Below are positions 12,374 to 18,729 of a stretch of DNA of 20,805 bases, piece after piece (position 1 is the stretch's first letter; every line of letters starts with the position of its first letter). The position numbers and the translations under genes are program-made. This stretch comes from an uncultured Candidatus Saccharibacteria bacterium. Its GTDB lineage: Bacteria; Patescibacteriota; Minisyncoccia; Phycocordibacterales; Phycocordibacteraceae. The stretch lies in the NCBI GenBank assembly GCA_964359685.1, contig CAYHUW010000006.1:1-20805 (forward strand), written 5' to 3'. Under the pieces are notes generated by a model that was not told the origin of the DNA, ran no database searches, and was given only the letters and a program-made list of their open reading frames with translations.

Positions 12374-13726
12374 TTACGGAGCAAGGCGCGAGAACCGCCA
12401 CGTACGGCCTGTTTTTTTATAGGAAAGACGTGTATGCAGACGCCCTGAGTGCCCCTGTTCCCAGAACTCAAATTCGCGCGGGGTGAGACGGTACCCGCCC
12501 CAGTGCGGGGGGAGGGGGATTTTCTTCCCGTGGAACTTCCCACGCATTTTCCGCATTTCCTTTTCCAGAGTTTCGGTATCCCGGAGATCCGCACTTTGCA
12601 CAGATGCCCATGCGGAGAGCTGACTCTCTCTCGGGCGGCCGGCGAAATAGGCCGCGGATTCTTTTTGGGGGACGCGCGTCACCTCTCCCTCAACGCGCAC
12701 CTGGCGTCCGACGGAGTTCCAATAAAAAAGAACGGCCGCGTTAGGGTTTTCCGCAAGCTCTTTTGATTTTCTGCTTAGATAATTTGTGAAGAATGTAAAA
12801 CCTTTCGCACCGTGCTTCCTCAGAAACACTACCCGTGCCGACGGATGACCGGAGTGCGTCGCCGTCGCAAGAATCATCGCGTTCGGCTGGGGTTCGTGTG
12901 CGGCTTCCGTATACCATTTTTCAAATTGCCTGAAAGGGTTTCTCAAAACGTTGCCGTCGGGGAGTTCCGGGGTTTCGGCAAGTACTTTGGCGTAGCGGCG
13001 CACCGTTTCCGCAAATCCGAACTTCAGCGCGTCAGCGGTCAGTTCATGCCCGATTGACGCTTCCGAGACGAACGCGGTTATTTTTTCAAGAAGGGGGGGA
13101 AGGTTCTTCAGATTCAGGTCGTGTCCTATGTGTACGCGCAGACCGAGCGCATGCGCGCGTTTTGCGGTGGCGGTTATTTTTTTTAATTCCCCCGCATGTT
13201 TTTCTTTCTTGAATAATTCTGCATACGCGCCCGTATACATCTCTATCCCGTCCGCTCCGAGTTTCTTTGCGTTTTTAAATGCGGCAAAATCCGGGTCAAC
13301 GAAAAGGATGATCCGCGTATTCAGTTTTCGCAATTTTGCGAATACGGGTTTCAAAATGCGCATCTGTTCCGGCGTCAGGTCCCAGCCTTTGTCCGATGTG
13401 AACGCGGTCGCGGAGTCCGGCACCAACGTCGTTTGTTCGGGGCGTATTGAGGAGACAATTTTTAAAAACCGTTCATCAGGATACCCTTCTATATTCAGTT
13501 CTTTGCGGGGACGAAGCGGGCGCATTCGTCGTGCAGTTTCCGTAACGTCGCTCTTCCTCACATGGCGCTCGTCTGATCTCGGATGAAGCGTAATCCCGTG
13601 CGCCCCCGCTTCAATGGCAAGGTCAACGAAATCAAGCACGTTCGGAATATTTGTATGGCGCGCGTTTCTCAAAAGCGCCACTTTGTTCAGGTTGACGCTT
13701 AGCCGCGATTGCACACGCTTTTTCAT
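12374..13726 (-). CDS. Fusion protein: pyridoxine 5'-phosphate synthase (PdxJ, N-terminal) and pyridoxamine/pyridoxine 5'-phosphate oxidase (PdxH, C-terminal)
   Basis: 450 aa from the ATG at 13726. The PdxJ part contains LSVNLNKVALLRNAR, GITLHPRSDERH, TLVPD and IGHDLN..ASIGHEL. The PdxH part contains ATATHSGHPSARVVFLR, FTFFTNYLSRKSKEL, RQVRVEG, YFAGRPRESQLSAWAS, PPHWGGYRL and EFWEQG..RLHTRLSY...RLAP. It is a single uninterrupted frame. Confidence 0.85.
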   Translation of the reverse strand: MKKRVQSRLSVNLNKVALLRNARHTNIPNVLDFVDLAIEAGAHGITLHPRSDERHVRKSDVTETARRMRPLRPRKELNIEGYPDERFLKIVSSIRPEQTTLVPDSATAFTSDKGWDLTPEQMRILKPVFAKLRKLNTRIILFVDPDFAAFKNAKKLGADGIEMYTGAYAELFKKEKHAGELKKITATAKRAHALGLRVHIGHDLNLKNLPPLLEKITAFVSEASIGHELTADALKFGFAETVRRYAKVLAETPELPDGNVLRNPFRQFEKWYTEAAHEPQPNAMILATATHSGHPSARVVFLRKHGAKGFTFFTNYLSRKSKELAENPNAAVLFYWNSVGRQVRVEGEVTRVPQKESAAYFAGRPRESQLSAWASVQSADLRDTETLEKEMRKMRGKFHGKKIPLPPHWGGYRLTPREFEFWEQGHSGRLHTRLSYKKTGRTWRFSRLAP

Positions 13727-13728
13727 TG

Positions 13729-13815
13729 CGGAGGAGGTGAGATTCGAACTCACGGTCCAGTTTCCCGGACGCCGCATTTCAAGTGCGGTGCGTTAGACCA
13801 CTCTGCCACTCCTCC
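13729..13815 (-). tRNA. tRNA-Ser (anticodon UGA), class II with a long variable arm
   Basis: The reverse complement folds as ggaggag tg gca gagtggtctaa cgc a ccgca CTTGAAA tgcgg, then a variable arm cgtccgggaaactggacc, then gtgag ttcgaat ctcac ctcctcc g. 87 nt, no CCA. Confidence 0.9.
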
Positions 13816-13873
13816 GTGGGGCTAGCGTACCGTACGTTTTAGACACCCGCAAACGGGGTATACTGAAATCGTA

Positions 13874-14275
13874 GTGGCAAAGCTTGTCGGAATAGACTTT
13901 GGCACCAAGCGCGTCGGCGTTGCCGTTTCGGACGAAAGCGGCTCGGTTGCGTTCCCGAAAACGACCCTGGCAAATGACCGAGCGCTCATTCCTGCTGTTG
14001 TTACCATCATCCGGCAGGAGAATGCGGTTGATGTCGTCGTCGGCAAATCGGTAAATCGCGATGGTGAGGACAACGCGGTTATGGATAATATCCGCACGTT
14101 TGTTTCCGAGCTTGAGAAAGCGGTTGCCGTCACTATTCACTATGAACCCGAATTTTATACTTCCCGGGAGGCGAGGCGGGAAGGACAGACGGGGCCGGTA
14201 GACGCCCAGGCCGCGGCGATTATTTTAAACAGCTACATCGCAAAGACAAAGAAACATGACAATCACACTAGATGA
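13874..14275 (+). CDS. ruvX: YqgF/RuvX-family putative pre-16S rRNA nuclease / Holliday junction resolvase-like protein
   Basis: 133 aa with a GTG start. VGIDFGTKRVGVAVSDESGSVAFP... is typical of YqgF. Confidence 0.8.
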   Translation: MAKLVGIDFGTKRVGVAVSDESGSVAFPKTTLANDRALIPAVVTIIRQENAVDVVVGKSVNRDGEDNAVMDNIRTFVSELEKAVAVTIHYEPEFYTSREARREGQTGPVDAQAAAIILNSYIAKTKKHDNHTR

Positions 14276-14582
14276 ATTTAAGAATGCCGTAATTCAGATA
14301 GGCACGGTGCGCTCCGCGGAAGCGGTGCCCGAAACCGATAAATTACTGCGGCTTGCCGTTGATTTCGGCGAGGGGACTCCGCGGCAAATACTTTCCGGGA
14401 TTGCGGAACATGTACAACCGGCTGATTTGGTTGATCGGCAGTTTCCGTTCATAACAAATCTGGAGCCGCGCGTCATCCGGGGACTGGTTTCAAACGGAAT
14501 GCTGCTTGCCGTCGGCGAAGGGGAAACATTTGCACTTCTCTCGCCCACGAAGTCCGTTTCTCCCGGGAGCAGAATCCGATAA
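14256..14582 (+). CDS. Stand-alone tRNA-binding domain protein (Trbp111/CsaA, MetRS C-terminal-domain-like OB fold)
   Basis: 108 aa. Contains DEFKNAVIQIGTVRSAEAVPETDKLLRLAVDFGEG.RQILSGIA..Y....L..RQFPFITNLEPR.IRG..S.GMLLA. It overlaps ruvX by 20 nt. Confidence 0.75.
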   Translation: MTITLDEFKNAVIQIGTVRSAEAVPETDKLLRLAVDFGEGTPRQILSGIAEHVQPADLVDRQFPFITNLEPRVIRGLVSNGMLLAVGEGETFALLSPTKSVSPGSRIR

Positions 14583-14592
14583 TTGTTTTACC

Positions 14593-14613
14593 CCGCAGTC
14601 CTTTGCGGTTTTT
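14593..14613 (+). terminator. Intrinsic terminator after the tRNA-binding-protein gene
   Basis: CCGCA-gtcctt-TGCGG is followed by TTTTT. Confidence 0.6.
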
Positions 14614-14619
14614 AGAACG

Positions 14620-14625
14620 TATAAT
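14620..14625 (+). promoter_or_regulatory. Consensus -10 TATAAT 6 nt upstream of the pilM ATG (14632)
   Basis: The sequence reads acgTATAATaaatgtATG. No Shine-Dalgarno sequence is possible in the 6-nt gap. Confidence 0.55.
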
Positions 14626-14631
14626 AAATGT

Positions 14632-15720
14632 ATGTCCATACGAGGCGCGCTTCTTTCTATATTTCCGACCCCTCCGCAGGTTGCAATGTTGTCCGCGGGC
14701 ATTGATATTTCGCAGGGCTCGGTCAAGAGCGTCCTGTTGAGCGAGCGGGGTGATTCGGTCACGCTGAAGTCCTTTGTTGAGACTCCGCTCGCTGAGGGCG
14801 TTATCGTCGGCGGCGATATAGAACAGGAGGATAAGGTCGTGGAGGTATTGCGGTCGTTGCGGTTGCGGTACGGCGTGCGCTACGCGAGCGCATCCCTCCC
14901 CGAAAAAAAGGCCTACATTTATCAAACACTGGTGCCGCACGACGCGAAAAATCTGAAATCGGGCGTGGAGTTTGATTTTGAAGCACACGTTCCTCTGCCG
15001 CCCAAAGAAGCGCTCTTTGATTTTGAGCCGGCCCGGCGCATTGAAGCGGGGACGGTTATTTCCGTTACCGCGTACGCAAAACGCATCGTACAGAAGTATC
15101 AGTCGGTTTTTGAGAGGGCGGGGATTACGCTCCGGTCGCTTGAGGTTGAGTCACAGGCATTAGCGCGCGCGGTTGTCGGACCGTCTGAAAGGACAAAAAC
15201 AATTCTCATGATTGATTTCGGGAAACACACGACACGGATTGCCATTGTGCAGTACGGTGTCGTTGCGTTTACCGCAACCGTTGATGTCGGAGGTGACGCG
15301 CTGACGCAGGCGGTTATGAAACGCATGAATGTTCCCGAAGAGGAGGCGGAACGGGTAAAAAATGAAAAAGGTTTTCTGATGAGCCCGACAAACAAAGATC
15401 TGGTAGAGGCGCTGATGTCCACCGTTTCGGTCGTCAAAGACGAAATTGTAAAACACATGTCGTACTGGAATAATCCGGCGTCCGATGATGTACCGAGGAA
15501 ACCGATTGAACGCGCGATTATCTGCGGCGGGAATGCGAACTTACGCGGATTTCCGGAGTATCTGGAGGGCTTTTTAAGTGTGCCGGTTTCTATCGGTAAC
15601 GTATGGGTAAATGCGTTCTCGTTTGATACCTACGTTCCCCCGATGCAGTTTTCTGATTCGCTTGAGTACGCGACTGCCGCGGGGCTCTCGCTTCGCGGCC
15701 TTTCAACAAAACAATGGTAG
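14632..15720 (+). CDS. pilM: Type IV pilus assembly protein PilM (actin-like ATPase fold)
   Basis: 362 aa from the internal ATG at 14632. Contains AGIDISQGSVKSVLL, MIDFGKHTTRIAIV, VGGDALTQAV and ICGGNANLRGFPEYL. It is followed by pilN/pilO-like genes. Confidence 0.8.
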   Translation: MSIRGALLSIFPTPPQVAMLSAGIDISQGSVKSVLLSERGDSVTLKSFVETPLAEGVIVGGDIEQEDKVVEVLRSLRLRYGVRYASASLPEKKAYIYQTLVPHDAKNLKSGVEFDFEAHVPLPPKEALFDFEPARRIEAGTVISVTAYAKRIVQKYQSVFERAGITLRSLEVESQALARAVVGPSERTKTILMIDFGKHTTRIAIVQYGVVAFTATVDVGGDALTQAVMKRMNVPEEEAERVKNEKGFLMSPTNKDLVEALMSTVSVVKDEIVKHMSYWNNPASDDVPRKPIERAIICGGNANLRGFPEYLEGFLSVPVSIGNVWVNAFSFDTYVPPMQFSDSLEYATAAGLSLRGLSTKQW

Positions 15721-15748
15721 CGAAGCACTTCCATTCTCATTACGCTCT

Positions 15749-15826
15749 ATGGTAACGAAACATTTCCAGTATCGCTCCGTTCGGATGAACAATAGCCTGT
15801 TCTTCACTCACTTCGCTCTATGGTGA
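15749..15826 (+). other. 25-codon upstream ORF in the pilM-pilN spacer; its stop overlaps the pilN start (ATGGTGA)
   Basis: Reads ATG GTA ACG AAA ... CTA TGG TGA. Its start context duplicates the pilN start context and its end mimics the pilM end (..TGG TAG). Whether it is coding is unproven. Confidence 0.25.
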
Positions 15827-16368
15827 ACATTCTCCCGCATAAAACTCTGAATGAGCTTCGCATGATGTACTACTCGCGGCTTTTAGGGACGTTTTTTCTT
15901 GTCGGGGCTCTCGTTATCGGCATCGGGGCGGGAGTGTTAGTGCCCTCATATTTTCTTGCGCAGGAAGAAGCGGAGGCGTCCAAGCGCTACGCCGCCGCAT
16001 TACAGCAGACACTCTCACTGAGCGAAGGGTCAGCCGTAGGTAAGGCGCTTCCGGTTCTTGCCGAACAGGTGACGCTTATGAAGTCATACCAGGCCGATCC
16101 GATGCTTTCCCCGTCTCTGGAAAGGGTTACGGCGGCAATACCCGACAATGTCAGTATCCGAAGGATGAGTTTTAAATTCAGTTCCATTACCGACGGTCAG
16201 ATTACGGTAGTCGGGAATGCGGAAACGCGCGCGGCTCTCATCGCGTTTGTGGACTCCCTGAAAAAGGACCCCCTGTTTAAGGGAGTAACAGTGCCGGTTG
16301 CAGACCTGGTGTCCGACAACGACCTGCCGTTCACGCTCACATTTAATGTCTCCGTTACAAAACCATGA
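15820..16368 (+). CDS. pilN: Type IV pilus assembly protein PilN-like (single N-terminal TM)
   Basis: 182 aa. Has the MVNILPHK start (cf. the PilN INLLP motif) and the TM segment LLGTFFLVGALVIGIGAGVLV, and sits in position after pilM. Confidence 0.65.
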   Translation: MVNILPHKTLNELRMMYYSRLLGTFFLVGALVIGIGAGVLVPSYFLAQEEAEASKRYAAALQQTLSLSEGSAVGKALPVLAEQVTLMKSYQADPMLSPSLERVTAAIPDNVSIRRMSFKFSSITDGQITVVGNAETRAALIAFVDSLKKDPLFKGVTVPVADLVSDNDLPFTLTFNVSVTKP

Positions 16369-16883
16369 AGCATCTGTTTCCTCTCATCATAGGAATTTTG
16401 TTTGTCGCAGCCGCAGCCGCAGGATATTGGTTTATGCACCGGAACATTTCTCAGGGCGTTGACGAAATTGCCGCGGCGCGCGCGGAGGCGGATGCCGCCG
16501 GCGGCAGAGAACAATTCGCACGGGCTGCGGGCGCTTTTCTTTCCGACACCGCAATTGAGCGCGAGGAGCTGAATACTTTTGTCGTGCAGGACGAGGATTT
16601 CGTCGCCGCGATTGAGACGATTGAAGCGTCGGCAAAACGGGAAAAAGTGACCGCCACGGTCGCGTCAGTTAACGTAAATTCAAAAACGAACCAGTTTCAC
16701 GAAGTTATTACAATGACGGTTTCCGCACGGGGTTCGTTTGCTGCCCTGACCGCATTCGCCGCTTCGCTTGAGTCACTGCCGTTCGCTTCACGGGTTCTGA
16801 CGTTATCGCTTGAAGAAACGGCGGAGCGGGTATGGTTTTTGAACACATCCGTGGAGTTTATAAAGAGAAAGCCGCAGCTATGA
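16365..16883 (+). CDS. pilO: PilO-like type IV pilus biogenesis protein (single N-terminal TM)
   Basis: 172 aa with an ATGA overlap with pilN. Has an N-terminal TM, then a coiled-coil region and an alpha/beta domain, in operon position after pilN. Confidence 0.55.
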   Translation: MKHLFPLIIGILFVAAAAAGYWFMHRNISQGVDEIAAARAEADAAGGREQFARAAGAFLSDTAIEREELNTFVVQDEDFVAAIETIEASAKREKVTATVASVNVNSKTNQFHEVITMTVSARGSFAALTAFAASLESLPFASRVLTLSLEETAERVWFLNTSVEFIKRKPQL

Positions 16884-17149
16884 CGGAAAACATACAGAAA
16901 TTTTTTGTTTCACTGATTACACCGAGCCCCGCGCGGGACTGGGCGCTTGCTCTTGTGCTCCGGCTGATTGTTTTCTTCGGGCTCGTAGGGTATGCGGGAT
17001 ATTTATTTATAGGAATCCGTGCCGGTACTATTGTCGGCGAAGCTGAGGCAGTTTCGGGTCTGCTGCCGAGTGTTTCCCGCGATGACCTCATGAATACGCT
17101 TGAAGCGTACCGCATTCGCCGGGCGAACTTTGAGTCGGGGCAATTCTAG
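16880..17149 (+). CDS. Small single-TM protein, last gene of the pilMNO operon
   Basis: 89 aa from the ATG at 16880, with an ATGA overlap with the pilO stop. The TM segment is WALALVLRLIVFFGLVGYAGYLFIGI. Confidence 0.5.
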   Translation: MTENIQKFFVSLITPSPARDWALALVLRLIVFFGLVGYAGYLFIGIRAGTIVGEAEAVSGLLPSVSRDDLMNTLEAYRIRRANFESGQF

Positions 17150-17218
17150 TTTCCGCGCGCGGGAGCCGGTATTTGTAGCCTGCAATAAACCAAAAAGTGT
17201 GTAATATTAAACCACTAC

Positions 17219-17290
17219 GGCCCCGTAGTTTAATGGATAAAACCGGAGACTTCTAAGCTCTTAATCGAGGTTCGATTCCTCGCGGGGCCA
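17219..17290 (+). tRNA. tRNA-Arg (anticodon UCU)
   Basis: Folds as ggccccg ta gttt aatggata aaac c ggaga CTTCTAA gctct taat cgagg ttcgatt cctcg cggggcc a. 72 nt, with one A-G mismatch at the bottom of the anticodon stem and no CCA. Confidence 0.8.
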
Positions 17291-17428
17291 CAAGGTAAAA
17301 AAAGCAAAACCACTTTGCTTTTTTGTCCGCTTGTGGCAGACGGAGGCATGTTTTGTGAGTGCACAAAACAGCCGAGTCGGGGCCGGCGACCGAGCTCTGC
17401 GGGCAGAGCGAGAGTTGTAGGCCACAAA
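17291..17428 (+). repeat. Copy 3 of the conserved tRNA-abutting non-coding module (inverted relative to copies 1 and 2)
   Basis: Contains a hairpin plus T run (17298-17324), AGACGGAGGCATGT (17338-17351), a hairpin ttttgtg-agtg-cacaaaa (17351-17368), GAGTCGGGGCCGGCGACCGA (17374-17393), a hairpin gctctgc..gcagagc (17394-17409) and CGAGAGTTGTAGGCCACAAA (17409-17428). Confidence 0.75.
17298..17324 (+). terminator. Intrinsic terminator directly after tRNA-Arg(UCU)
   Basis: AAAAAAGCAAA-accac-TTTGCTTTTTT is an 11-bp stem ending in a T run. Confidence 0.6.
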
Positions 17429-17445
17429 TTGTATTTGGTTCTGAG

Positions 17446-17518
17446 TGGGCGCTGAGGGACTTGAACCCCCGACCTTCTCTGTGTAAAAGAGTTGCTCTAC
17501 CAACTGAGCTAAGCGCCC
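17446..17518 (-). tRNA. tRNA-Val (anticodon UAC)
   Basis: The reverse complement folds as gggcgct ta gctc agttggta gagc a actct TTTACAC agaga aggtc ggggg ttcaagt ccctc agcgccc a. 73 nt, no CCA. Confidence 0.9.
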
Positions 17519-17621
17519 GCAACATTACAATTTCCCTTGCTCTACTACGGCGAGCGAGGAGCGGCGCGAAAATTTGTTTTCATGCCGTCGGAGCGACGCC
17601 GGAGCAAGCCGCCCTGCGGCT

Positions 17622-17643
17622 TACCAACTGAGCTAAGCGCCCG
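17622..17643 (-). pseudogene. Orphan duplicate of the first ~21 nt of tRNA-Val (acceptor 5' strand plus D arm), with no remainder of a tRNA
   Basis: The 22 nt TACCAACTGAGCTAAGCGCCCG are identical at 17498-17519 and 17622-17643. Sequence beyond the copy gives no anticodon or T arm. Confidence 0.7.
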
Positions 17644-17670
17644 AAGTACATACAATACGGGAATATACAG

Positions 17671-17676
17671 TATTCT
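17671..17676 (+). promoter_or_regulatory. -10-like TATTCT 6 nt upstream of the acylphosphatase ATG (17683)
   Basis: The sequence reads cagTATTCTtcaaatATG. Confidence 0.35.
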
Positions 17677-17682
17677 TCAAAT

Positions 17683-17958
17683 ATGAAAGCCCTGAAAGCC
17701 GTTGTGTCCGGTCGGGTGCAATTGGTTATGTTTCGTGACTTCGTAGAGAGAAAAGCTTCCGGGTTAAGGCTCGTGGGGTACGCCCGCAATCTATCCGACG
17801 GAACGGTTGAGGTTATAGCCGAAGGAGAAAAGGAAGCTCTTGATGCGCTCGCCCTGCATTTACAGAAAGGCCCGCTGTTGGCGCGCGTTGACGGTGTTGC
17901 AGTAGAGTGGGTGAAACCTTCGGGGGCATACACGGGGTTCTCTATTCAATACTCATGA
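17683..17958 (+). CDS. acyP: Acylphosphatase
   Basis: 91 aa. Contains VSGRVQLVMFRDFV (cf. V.G.VQGV.FR) and GYARNLSDGTVEVIAEG. Confidence 0.8.
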   Translation: MKALKAVVSGRVQLVMFRDFVERKASGLRLVGYARNLSDGTVEVIAEGEKEALDALALHLQKGPLLARVDGVAVEWVKPSGAYTGFSIQYS

Positions 17959-18662
17959 AACAGATTCGTTCTGTAGGAATTATTTTGGACGGCAACAGGC
18001 GCTGGGCGAAAGCGAAGAATCTGCCTTCGCTTGAAGGGCACCGCGCGGGCTATGAAGCGCTCAAAAAACTCATAGCGGATGCCCCGTACCTTAAAAAAAC
18101 ATACGGTTTGGAGTATGTAACATTGTATTGCTTCTCAACCGAAAATTGGAACCGCGTAAAAGAAGAGGTCGGCTATCTAATGGCGCTGTTTGAGGAAGCT
18201 TTCTCGTTCGTACTGGAGAAGGGCATTCGGGATGCGGAGCAAGATCCCGAAAACGGCATCCGCCTGAAAGTTATCGGAGAGCGCGAACGATTTTCCGAAA
18301 AGATGCAGAAGCTCATGGCGGAGGCGGAGGAACGGACCAAAAACTTCGGCGGTGTGACGGCGGTGTTCGCGCTTTCATACGGCGGCCGCGCGGAAATACT
18401 TTCCGCGGTAGAAAAAATAAAAAGCGGTGTTAGCGTCGTTTCCGAAGAAACTTTTTCAAATGCACTCTGGACCGCAGGCATTCCGGATCCCGACATTATT
18501 ATCCGCACCGGTGGGGAACAGAGGCTTTCAAATTTTCTTCCCTGGCAGTCCGTCTACGCGGAGCTTTTCTTTCCCGAGACGCTCTGGCCTGATTTTACGG
18601 TCGCCCATGTGGAAAAAATATTTGAGGAGTACTATGCCCGTGACCGCCGCCATGGGCAATAA
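17955..18662 (+). CDS. uppS: Undecaprenyl-diphosphate synthase (cis-isoprenyl transferase)
   Basis: 235 aa from the ATG at 17955, with an ATGA overlap with the acyP stop. Contains GIILDGNRRWA, YCFSTENWNR, IRTGGEQRLSNFLPWQ..YAELFF and an RR.G end. Confidence 0.9.
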   Translation: MKQIRSVGIILDGNRRWAKAKNLPSLEGHRAGYEALKKLIADAPYLKKTYGLEYVTLYCFSTENWNRVKEEVGYLMALFEEAFSFVLEKGIRDAEQDPENGIRLKVIGERERFSEKMQKLMAEAEERTKNFGGVTAVFALSYGGRAEILSAVEKIKSGVSVVSEETFSNALWTAGIPDPDIIIRTGGEQRLSNFLPWQSVYAELFFPETLWPDFTVAHVEKIFEEYYARDRRHGQ

Positions 18663-18680
18663 GAAAATCGGCAAAAATAC

Positions 18681-18712
18681 CTATTCTATAATTCTTGAGA
18701 ATTATAGAATAG
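18681..18712. repeat. Perfect 14-bp inverted repeat with a 4-nt spacer in an A/T-rich island upstream of the rluD-like gene
   Basis: The sequence is CTATTCTATAATTC-ttga-GAATTATAGAATAG. Each arm contains TATAAT (+ strand at 18687-18692). Confidence 0.7.
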
Positions 18713-18729
18713 TAAGATAAAGATAAGAT

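Noticed and set aside
13727-13777. The N-terminal 17-codon extension of the PdxJ-PdxH ORF (track start 13777).
   Set aside because: The extension would be translated from within the tRNA-Ser gene (13729-13815). PdxJ homology begins right after the ATG at 13726.
17570-17643. A possible second (or intron-containing or split) tRNA-Val gene upstream of the intact one.
   Set aside because: Only the first ~21 nt (acceptor 5' strand and D arm) are present. I could not find an anticodon stem-loop, a GTTCRANNC T-loop or a matching acceptor 3' strand within 150 nt. I treat it as a fragment.
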